From a virus, in IMG/VR virus record IMGVR_UViG_3300008516_000204, positions 32,001-96,000 of that record: a stretch of DNA of 64,000 nucleotides; one strand, given 5' to 3'. Position numbers and translations under genes: made by a program. The notes below the pieces were generated by a model. It saw only the letters and a list, made by a program, of their open reading frames with translations. It did not search any database and was not told the DNA's origin. This document shows positions 30,820 to 39,400 of the stretch, piece after piece; positions within the stretch are counted from its first letter, which is position 1; the number at the start of each line of letters is the position of its first letter.

Positions 30820-31839
30820 ATGGGAGAACTTGAAAAAATTATCAATGAAATAAATAAACAGTATCCAGGCTCGGTTATGCGACTCGGAAAATGTGCCTAT
30901 ACCAAGAAGAAACGGGTTTCCACTGGCTCTTTTGCGCTTGATATGGCGACTGGTGGAGGCATACCAGAAGGGAGCATAATCGAGATGTTTGGCCCATTAT
31001 CTTCGGGAAAAACATTTTCGGCACTCAAACTGGTCGCCGAAGTCCAGAAAATCGGAAGAAAGGCAGCATATATCGATTTGGAAAACGCCATCGATTTGGA
31101 GTGGTGCGAAAAATTGGGGGTAAACAACAAAGAGCTGATTATATCCCAACCTTCTTCGGCAGAACAGGCGATAGATACCGTTGACAAGTTGGTTAGAAGC
31201 AGAGAATTGGGGATTATTGTGATTGACAGCTTGGCGAGTATGACCCCGCTAGTAGAGATAGAAAGCTCGGCTGAAGACCAGCAAATGGGAGTCGCTGCCC
31301 GTCTCGCCAACAAAATGGTTCGGAAGGTTCAATCGGCACTGCAACCAGTTGATTTGGGAAAGGGAGAATCTTATAATAGGTGTATCGTTGTCTTCATTAA
31401 CCAGATTAGGATGAAAATCGGAGTGCTATATGGTAATCCTGAAACCACGCCTTGTGGAAAAGGTGTTGGATTTTGTGCTGCTATTCGGATTAGATTAAGC
31501 AGAAAAGAATGGCTTCAGGAAGGAACTGGCGTGAATAAAAAGACTGTTGGGCAGGTTGTCGCCTTCAAGACGGTTAAGAACAAGACCTATGAGCCATTCA
31601 GAGTGGGAACTTTCAACATTTATTTCAAGGATGGTTCAATAGACAATTATGCAAGCATCATTCAGTATGGAATATTCTATGAGTATATTAAGAGGGCAGG
31701 GGCGATTTATACTTTTGAGAAGAAAAAATTTAAAGGCAAGGTTGCCTTAATCAATCATTTAAAGGCTCATCCTAAATTGGTTGGAAAACTCAAGACCGAT
31801 ATAAAGAAAGCACTGTTTAGAGGAAATGAAGAAGAATAA
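30820..31839 (+). CDS. recA: RecA recombinase
   Basis: STGS..LD.A.GGG.P.G, GPLSSGKT, IDLENA, IVIDSLA, FINQIR.KIG..YGNPETT, KNK. Confidence 0.95.
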   Translation: MGELEKIINEINKQYPGSVMRLGKCAYTKKKRVSTGSFALDMATGGGIPEGSIIEMFGPLSSGKTFSALKLVAEVQKIGRKAAYIDLENAIDLEWCEKLGVNNKELIISQPSSAEQAIDTVDKLVRSRELGIIVIDSLASMTPLVEIESSAEDQQMGVAARLANKMVRKVQSALQPVDLGKGESYNRCIVVFINQIRMKIGVLYGNPETTPCGKGVGFCAAIRIRLSRKEWLQEGTGVNKKTVGQVVAFKTVKNKTYEPFRVGTFNIYFKDGSIDNYASIIQYGIFYEYIKRAGAIYTFEKKKFKGKVALINHLKAHPKLVGKLKTDIKKALFRGNEEE

Positions 31840-31973
31840 ATTAGTTATATACGGCTGTCCCCATTGCAGAGAATATTTGTGCAAATGTGATTATTATAGA
31901 TACTGTATGTATTGTGGCAAATCCTATGATAAGAATAAATTGATAATTTTGAAGACTATAACTTGGGAGGATT

Positions 31974-32441
31974 TTGGTTGTGAATAAATCCTGTTCTAAC
32001 TGTGGATTTGAAATTAATGGCTATTGTCCAGAACATAGAATAAAAACAAAAGTAGTTCCAAAGGCTTGTCCTTCTTGGAAACGAAAGTCTACTACCAAGC
32101 AATTTTACGATAAGAAAAGAAGACAAAAAATCAGAAAGAAATCTATCAAGCAGGAAAACCAAGTCGCACGGGAAGTCGGAGGCAGAAGGCAACCGATGAG
32201 TGGTGCAGGCTATCACAAGGGCGATGTCAAATCCAAACTGCGGTTAATCGAGATAAAGTTTACTGATAAGAATAGTTATGCTCTTAAGCGAGAGGTATTG
32301 GAAAAGATTTTTTACGAGGCGGTATATGAGGATAGGGAATTGCCATATCTTCAAATTAGAATGGGAATGAAAAATTATTGTGTAGTATTAAAAGACGATT
32401 TGGAAGCGATAATTCGAGAACTTAAGGAAAGCAGAAAATGA
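31974..32441 (+). CDS. PD-(D/E)XK Holliday junction resolvase-like nuclease
   Basis: E..VA...GG.R.P.SGA...KGDV....IEIK. Confidence 0.75.
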   Translation: MVVNKSCSNCGFEINGYCPEHRIKTKVVPKACPSWKRKSTTKQFYDKKRRQKIRKKSIKQENQVAREVGGRRQPMSGAGYHKGDVKSKLRLIEIKFTDKNSYALKREVLEKIFYEAVYEDRELPYLQIRMGMKNYCVVLKDDLEAIIRELKESRK

Positions 32442-32490
32442 AAAAATGTCCAGAATGTGGTATTTTCGATTCTGAAATTGGCAAATTTCT

Positions 32491-33258
32491 ATGAAAAGGT
32501 ATAAAAGAAACAGAGAAGTTAAACATTATAATGTGAAAAAGAATAATCCTATGTTTGGATATGATAAATATAATATAACCAAAGAATTTTTTGTTCAAGA
32601 ATATAGCAAAAATAAGAAATTGCAAAATGAGATAGCAAGAAAAATAGGATGTAGTTCTACTTATATAAGAGATAAATTGATTAAATATAATATCCCCATT
32701 AGAACTAAAAGTGAGACAATGAAAGGAAAAAATAAAGGTAAAGAGGCTAATAGGTATAACCCAGAAAGACATAAGACACATTATTGTAAAGAATTAAACT
32801 GTAATAACGAAATAACTTATAGTGGTTGGAAATATTATGGTGGTAGATGCAAATCTTGTGCAAGTAAAAGAGAGACAAAAAAACTCTGGCAAAATGAAAA
32901 ATTTAGAGAAAAAGTTACCAGAGCTATTTTTAAGGCTTCTAAAATAAAACCAAATAAACCAGAGAAAAAATTAAATAGATTGCTTCAAAAATTATTACCA
33001 GAAAAGTATAGATATGTTGGTGCTGGTCAAATAATTTTAGGGGGTTTTAATCCAGATTTCATTAACTGCAATGGACAAAAGAAAATTATAGAACTTTATG
33101 GTAATTATTGGCATAATCTTCCAGCATATAAGAAAAGAGATAAAAGAAGATTGGTTACCTATAAAAAATATGGCTATAAAACTTTAGTCATATGGCAATA
33201 TGAACTAAAAGACATGAATAGATTAATAGAAAAAATACTACAATTTAATGGAGAATAA
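32491..33258 (+). CDS. Free-standing Vsr/EDxHD-like endonuclease with HTH and Zn modules
   Basis: PNKPE, PDF, IIELYGNYWH, D..R...Y..YGY..L.IW..E. Confidence 0.75.
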   Translation: MKRYKRNREVKHYNVKKNNPMFGYDKYNITKEFFVQEYSKNKKLQNEIARKIGCSSTYIRDKLIKYNIPIRTKSETMKGKNKGKEANRYNPERHKTHYCKELNCNNEITYSGWKYYGGRCKSCASKRETKKLWQNEKFREKVTRAIFKASKIKPNKPEKKLNRLLQKLLPEKYRYVGAGQIILGGFNPDFINCNGQKKIIELYGNYWHNLPAYKKRDKRRLVTYKKYGYKTLVIWQYELKDMNRLIEKILQFNGE

Positions 33259-33509
33259 AATGAAATATAAAATATGTCCAAAATGTAAAACAGAGTTGAG
33301 TCTATTGGGAATATTATATAAAAGGAAATACCCTCATTATCTATGCCCCAAGTGCCATATAGATTATTTAGAAGTCCCTACATTTGGAGGAAAGACATTA
33401 ATCGTTAGTCGAGAATTTCACGAAGCAGTTAAATACATAATTGAACAAAATAGAGAGCTATTACAAATGTTATCAGATCACGATGGACATCCAAGGGAGG
33501 AAAAATAGT

Positions 33510-33692
33510 ATGGCAAGATTAGGAGGGCATTCAAAGCAACCAGCAGCTCAAAGGTATAAGGCTGGAAATCGAAGATATAATAATAAGATAAGAAAGGCAA
33601 AAAGGAGATATAAGAACTGCCCTAAATTGCTTCAGTATATCCTTGAAAATATCAAGGAGCTACCTCGTCGGTTCAAAGGAGGAAATCAATGA
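33510..33692 (+). CDS. Small, highly basic hypothetical protein
   Basis: GGGAGG RBS; MARLGGHSKQPAAQRYK...NKIRKAKRR. Confidence 0.55.
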   Translation: MARLGGHSKQPAAQRYKAGNRRYNNKIRKAKRRYKNCPKLLQYILENIKELPRRFKGGNQ

Positions 33693-34033
33693 GTTTAAGA
33701 AAACCAATACTTAAAGTAACAAAAGAATGTCCTAAATGTAAAGGATCTGGTCAAAAAACGATTAAAACAAAAAGAACTGATTCATATTTTGAAGCAGATG
33801 GAATATTAGGAAAATATGTGTATATTATTATTGATTGTCCAAGATGTAAAGGAATTGGTAGAGTAGACATTAAACAAACTAATCCAAGATTTAAAAAGTA
33901 TTATAAAAAGGATTTAGAAGAACGAATAGACGATTTGACAACAGAATATAGAAATGCTAAAGAAGAAGCATATAAAATAGGAGAAGAACTTGCTAAACAT
34001 TGTAAAGAATTAGATAAGGTGGTGAATAAGTAA
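33689..34033 (+). CDS. DnaJ-type Zn finger (CxxCxGxG) protein
   Basis: CPKCKGSG and CPRCKGIG. Confidence 0.65.
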   Translation: MSLRKPILKVTKECPKCKGSGQKTIKTKRTDSYFEADGILGKYVYIIIDCPRCKGIGRVDIKQTNPRFKKYYKKDLEERIDDLTTEYRNAKEEAYKIGEELAKHCKELDKVVNK

Positions 34034-34262
34034 TGGCCTACGGGATTTTCACGAAGATAAACATATTTGTTCGCAATATATTGCTCGGCCTGATCGCTTT
34101 TCTTCTGGGGAGATTGGTTTATGTCCTCTTTTTATTAGGGATTCAGTTAGCAGACACCCAAAAAATAATTAATGGAATGTTTGAGATTATGGAGGCTATA
34201 GCTAAAAGGCTTCGTGTGTAGATATAGAAAAAGAGAAAGAATTTTTAATTAGGAAGGAAATA

Positions 34263-34835
34263 TTGGTGAAAAAGTTTACAAAAAAACTTTCGTTGATTAC
34301 AAGTATCGCAGTAGGATTATTACTATCTTTATTTGTGCTAATTAATTTATCTGCTTCTGAACCGACTATAGATGAAGTTAAAAAGGAATTGAATGGAGAT
34401 CCTTATAAAATTGCACAATGGATGGGTAGGAATATTAGAACATCAAAGGATAGTATAGGTTATTCTCAACCAGCTAAATACACTTACAAATATAAAAAAG
34501 GTGATTGTGAGGATTTTGCCATTCTTGCTCGTCATTTTATTGGGGATAAATACGAAACCCATTTAGTAGTATGGACTGGAAAATTTAGAGAAGATTCTAA
34601 ATTCTATAAAAAATACAAGGCTAAAAAGATATGCCACGCAGTAGTAGCCATTAAGTTACATGTAAACAATTGGGGAATTATAGACCAAGATAAATATATT
34701 CCCAATGGCAGAACTCTAGCAGCTATAATTAAGATTAATTGCGATTTAAGAAGAATTAAAGTGACAGGAGCTTATATAGCAGATTTATATAGATTTAGGA
34801 ATAAAATAATTAAAGAGATAGATTTAGATGAATAA
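34263..34835 (+). CDS. Second transglutaminase-like cysteine protease, N-terminal TM
   Basis: GDCEDF, CHA, IDQ; collinear paralog of 13148-13738. Confidence 0.75.
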   Translation: MVKKFTKKLSLITSIAVGLLLSLFVLINLSASEPTIDEVKKELNGDPYKIAQWMGRNIRTSKDSIGYSQPAKYTYKYKKGDCEDFAILARHFIGDKYETHLVVWTGKFREDSKFYKKYKAKKICHAVVAIKLHVNNWGIIDQDKYIPNGRTLAAIIKINCDLRRIKVTGAYIADLYRFRNKIIKEIDLDE

Positions 34836-35269
34836 ATTACATGTATTGGAAACTATATTAGTAATAAGCACTTTTGCCTTATCACTGATAGTGCTATTTA
34901 ATTACTTAGCTCCCCCTAAAATACAGACTGATCCAACTTCCGAAGAGATGAGAGATGAAATTATTAGGCAATTGAAAGAGAAAGGAGAAATAGTATGATA
35001 AATATATTTAAGTGTGCTTGTGGAACTCATTTGGTAGAAATAAGTTATGAAAATGTAACTGAATGGACTCATATGAAAACTAAGAAGAAATCTAAAAAGA
35101 ATATTCCCGATTTATGGATTGGAATTTATGATATCTATAATCCTAAGACTGGAAGAAAATATAGAAAGCCCAAATTAATCGCTGACACTATATTTTACGG
35201 CAAAACTTTAGGTTTTGTTATGAAATTCTTAGAAGATATAGTCATGCAATATATAATAAGGAAGAAATA

Positions 35270-35536
35270 ATGAAAACATTAGCGGACATTCTCATATATG
35301 TTGCAGGGCTCCTGTGGGCTATTGAATGTCTGCCTCAGATTTTCAAACTGTTGCGAACCAGAGAAACTCGTGGCTTGAGCTTGGTGTTCTTTATAATATG
35401 TTTGACCGCCTATATTTTGTTCATTGCAGGAAATATGATGCTTAAAAATTACTCCATAGTGATAGCCAATTCGCTCCCCTTCACATTGATGGGGGTTATA
35501 GTATTTTTGATAATGAAATATCGGAGAAAGAAATGA
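35270..35536 (+). CDS. PQ-loop / SemiSWEET-like 3-TM transporter
   Basis: LPQIFK..RT..T.GLS, three TMs, IANS. Confidence 0.85.
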   Translation: MKTLADILIYVAGLLWAIECLPQIFKLLRTRETRGLSLVFFIICLTAYILFIAGNMMLKNYSIVIANSLPFTLMGVIVFLIMKYRRKK

Positions 35537-36105
35537 ACATATGGTTCGTAAGCGATACGCACTTTTCGCATGCCAACATTATAAAATACTGCAATCGCCC
35601 ATTTAAGTCTTTGGAGCAGATGGACAAAATCATAATCCGAAACTGGAACGAGCGAGTAAAGCCCGATGATTTGGTTTTCGAACTCGGCGATTTCAACTTC
35701 AAAAATTCTGCTGGAGGGAAAAAGGGCGAGGGAACGACTATGAAAGCCAGCGATTATGAAAAGCGGTTGAATGGCAAGATTGTCCATATTCGAGGCAACC
35801 ACAGTTGCAACAATGGATGCAAGACGCCGATAGAGAAAATAGCCATTAAGTTCGGAGGGCATAGAATTAACTTGGTACACAATCCCGAACATGCAGATTT
35901 GAGCTTCCCCATAAACTTCGTCGGCCATGTCCATAATACTTGGAAGTTCAAAAGAATACATAAGGGATTGGGACACACCGATTTAGTCAATACAGGTGTA
36001 GATTGTTGGTCATTTCGCCCTGTATCATTTGAAGAAATTATGAAAGAATATAATTTATGGCTAAAAAAGAAAATCAATGATAAAGGAAAAAAATATAATG
36101 TTTAA
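35533..36105 (+). CDS. Calcineurin-like phosphoesterase
   Basis: SDTHFSH.NII.Y..RPF, LGDF, GNH, H.P, GHVH, N.GVD.W.F.PV. Confidence 0.9.
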   Translation: MNIWFVSDTHFSHANIIKYCNRPFKSLEQMDKIIIRNWNERVKPDDLVFELGDFNFKNSAGGKKGEGTTMKASDYEKRLNGKIVHIRGNHSCNNGCKTPIEKIAIKFGGHRINLVHNPEHADLSFPINFVGHVHNTWKFKRIHKGLGHTDLVNTGVDCWSFRPVSFEEIMKEYNLWLKKKINDKGKKYNV

Positions 36106-36739
36106 AAAAGGATATGTTCCTTGGAATAAAGGAAAGAAAAGATCTAAAAAAACTAAGGAAAAAATAAGTGATTCTCACAAAGGTAAGCATCATACAATAA
36201 AAACTCGCAGAAAAATGAGCAAAACTCATAAAGGAAAACAACAGAGCAAAGAAACTAAAAAGAAAATTAAAAAAGCAAATATTAAATTTTTTAAAAATCA
36301 TCCAGAAAGTAGGAGAAAAGAAAACAACGGTTTTTATAATAAACAGCACACAGAAAAGTCCAAACAAAAAATGAGAAGAAATCTTCCTAATAGATCAGGC
36401 AAAAACAACGCTAACTTTGGTAATCATAAATTAAAAGGACATAAACTAACTCCTGAACAATGTGAAAAAATTAGAAGAAATAAATTAGGGAATAAATATA
36501 ATTTAGGCCATAAACACTCAAACAAATCTAAACAAAAAATGAGAAAAACTTTACGAAAACATCATATATATCTAATAGAAAATTCTGATAAAGTTATGTT
36601 GTTACCCGTTGGAAAACATATACAATTACATAATAGAGCTTATCATTATCTCTATTATAAATACGGTAAAAAGGGGATTAATAATTATATTAAATGGTTT
36701 GATAAAAAGTATGGGTTAAAAGAGAGGAGCCAAGAATGA
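36098..36739 (+). CDS. NUMOD3-repeat HNH-variant endonuclease
   Basis: PWNKG, repeated H(S/T)..(T/S)K.KM, C-terminal HHIYL.EN...H..LH. Confidence 0.75.
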   Translation: MFKKGYVPWNKGKKRSKKTKEKISDSHKGKHHTIKTRRKMSKTHKGKQQSKETKKKIKKANIKFFKNHPESRRKENNGFYNKQHTEKSKQKMRRNLPNRSGKNNANFGNHKLKGHKLTPEQCEKIRRNKLGNKYNLGHKHSNKSKQKMRKTLRKHHIYLIENSDKVMLLPVGKHIQLHNRAYHYLYYKYGKKGINNYIKWFDKKYGLKERSQE

Positions 36740-36914
36740 AAATAACATTCGAGTTTGACGAGAATAATCGGGTAGTAAAAGAAACAACTGCCGAAACCAT
36801 TGATGAAGTCATAGACGAGATTGTTGATTTATTGGTGGCTTTCGGTTTTACCAGCGAAACCGTCAAGAATGGAGTATTGGCAAAAGCAGAAGAGATTCAA
36901 GAGGGGAATGAAAA

Positions 36915-37112
36915 ATGCCGACTAAATTCTTCAAAATCAAATGGGATTCTGGAGTCAATCTTACAGAATATAATGTAAAGCGGGCTTTGAAACAGTATTT
37001 TTACTACGAGTTTAAGGTAAGAGAACTTTTAAAATTCCCGAAAGCTGTCTTGAATTTGGTCAAGGATAAGATAAAAGATGCGAAGTATAATATCAAGAGG
37101 AAAAGGAGATGA
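36915..37112 (+). CDS. Hypothetical protein, paralog of 37451-37648
   Basis: MP.K.FK..W.SG..LT..NV.RALK..F..EF is shared. Confidence 0.6.
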   Translation: MPTKFFKIKWDSGVNLTEYNVKRALKQYFYYEFKVRELLKFPKAVLNLVKDKIKDAKYNIKRKRR

Positions 37113-37450
37113 AAATGAATTTAAACTGGCAGATATGTAAGACCAACGTACCAGAATTTGGTATCTCTTTTTATACGCTTGTTGATAGGATATTTGTGAT
37201 GCAGATAGGATTGTACAATAGATTTTTAGAAATTAGGCTTGGATAAAAACCATTAAGAAGGAGAAATAATGCCTAAAATATATTATAGATGTTCAGCATG
37301 CCATAGAAAATATACTGAAAAAGAATTATTTCCTGATACTATATGTGGTAATTGTTGTGGTAGACTTTATAAGTGTCAACATAATTATTGGTGGGAATTA
37401 CTTTATTTAACAATAAGAGATTTAGTTAGAAACTTGAAAAGGAGGTAGAA

Positions 37451-37648
37451 ATGCCCAGTAAAACTTTTAAGGTTACATGGAATTCTGGCTCGGCTCTAAC
37501 AAAAGACAATGTTAGACGAGCCTTGAAGCATCATTTTGCAACTGAGTTTGAGATAGAGGAAGTAAAGGAAGCACCAACAGTAAGCTTGGACTTATTAAAA
37601 ACTGATAAGCCAAAAAAGAAAAGACGTAAGAAATATACTGTATTATAA
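37451..37648 (+). CDS. Hypothetical protein, paralog of 36915-37112
   Basis: Same shared motif; AGGAGG RBS. Confidence 0.6.
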   Translation: MPSKTFKVTWNSGSALTKDNVRRALKHHFATEFEIEEVKEAPTVSLDLLKTDKPKKKRRKKYTVL

Positions 37649-37907
37649 CAGGAGGTGGAAATGAATATTCTTGAAATAAAAAACCATCCGAAGTATAATA
37701 GCAAATCTTTGAGAATTCACTTGAGTCAAGAAGAAATAAAGAGTTTGTCTTTAAAAATAATTTCTGAAAATGAATTAAGGAATTTAGAATGTGAAGCCGA
37801 CTTTAATCCCACTTACTTTTATAAAGAACGAATGGAAATAAATATTGGAGAAGTTGGTCATGATTTAGAATATAGATATATCATTAAGTAAAGTAAAGGA
37901 TAAAACT

Positions 37908-38918
37908 GTGGCACGAATTGTCGCTATAGCAGATTTGCACATAGATTACTCCAGACGCTTCAAGGACACTTTAAATGTTATGAAGCAGATATTGGATTTT
38001 GCCATTCTCAAAAAGGCGAATTATCTTATGATAGCGGGCGACATCTACCAATATAAGCGACCCAGAAATGTTGAAAGGCACGCTTTTGAAACTTGGGTTC
38101 TTCGGTTCGTGGAGAACAAGATAAAGGTTGTGATGATACCTGGACTCAAGGGAAAGCACGATTTTGACAAGAACATATCGGTTGTTGACGAATTTAACAA
38201 CTTAAATATACGGGGTGTACAGGTACTCAATAATGGCGATGTCTTTATAACTCGTGATAATATTCGTGTTAAATTATGGCATATTTTGGTCAGAGAGGCA
38301 AAATTAGGGGCTTTGGGGTACAGCCTCGCTTCTGCCCAAAATCTTTCAATACAGGCAATCCTCACCACAAATCGGGGTATTTCAGGGGATGATGCTGACA
38401 TTTTCCTGCTTGGGCACATACACAAAGCCCAAATACTAAATAGAGACCCATTTATGTGTTATCTTGGGAGCATAGACCACATTGATTTTGCCGAAAGAAA
38501 CGAGCATAAGTATCTGCTATATATGGACATAACCAAGGACAAGGACAATATAGTCCACAATAATTACAAGTTTTATCACCTGAAAACCCGCCCAATGATA
38601 CAGTTTGATATTCACACTATCGAGGAATTGGAAAATGTGGATATAGATAAGGTCAACGAGGCGATTGTCAAGGTTGTTTTCCATTGCAAGAGAGAGGACA
38701 AGGACAAATTTGACTGGGAGCTGATACAGCAGAAATTTAACGGGGCTTACACTTATACTGTGCATTATGATTATATTAAACTTAAGAGAACAAGGAATAG
38801 GAACATAAATGAGAGGATTAGCCCAGCACAGGCTTTTTTGCAATATGGCAGAGAGAAAAAATTGGAACGAGACGTAATCAAAAGGGGATTAGAGATAATA
38901 GAGGGCAAAAATGCTTAG
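37908..38918 (+). CDS. sbcD: SbcD/Mre11-like nuclease
   Basis: ADLH, AGD, G..HD, GHIH, YLGS....DF.E. Confidence 0.88.
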   Translation: MARIVAIADLHIDYSRRFKDTLNVMKQILDFAILKKANYLMIAGDIYQYKRPRNVERHAFETWVLRFVENKIKVVMIPGLKGKHDFDKNISVVDEFNNLNIRGVQVLNNGDVFITRDNIRVKLWHILVREAKLGALGYSLASAQNLSIQAILTTNRGISGDDADIFLLGHIHKAQILNRDPFMCYLGSIDHIDFAERNEHKYLLYMDITKDKDNIVHNNYKFYHLKTRPMIQFDIHTIEELENVDIDKVNEAIVKVVFHCKREDKDKFDWELIQQKFNGAYTYTVHYDYIKLKRTRNRNINERISPAQAFLQYGREKKLERDVIKRGLEIIEGKNA

Positions 38919-39400
38919 TTACACATATCATTTCTATAATCAGACAGATGTATATTTCTTTTCAAAGGGACTTAGCATACCTTCAATCTGGATTGCTTGG
39001 CTACCATCGTTTTATAGATTATCATTAGTAAATATTGGAAGTTGGAGTTTGGCAGCAAAATTAAATTTAGTAGAGGCGATAAAATGAAAAAGAAAATAGG
39101 CTCGTTTACTATAAAAATAACAGCAAAATACCTTATCCTTCGAACAGACAATCATATTGTGTTCGGTATGCGATGGATAAACTCTTGGCGTTTGATTGCT
39201 TTGGCTATTTGCAAAGGTGGAGGTTATGCAATGGGTCCCGCTTTATTAAATTTCGGATTATCATTTGGTCCATTATTTTGGATGGATGCTGTTGGTGTAG
39301 ATTTAAGGTTAGAAATATTGGGTAAGGGATTTACTTACAGAAAATTCAGATATTGTGAAAGACCAGAGATGATTCCACAAGAACAGTTTGAGATAATAAA

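Noticed and set aside
20916-36739. Group I introns hosting the endonucleases
   Set aside because: The endonuclease ORFs overlap or abut neighbouring genes with no room for ribozyme cores, and the flanking genes are not split.
38911-39087. Possible frameshifted microgene between sbcD and the next ORF
   Set aside because: Two overlapping short frames could be joined, but there is no recognisable homology to support it.
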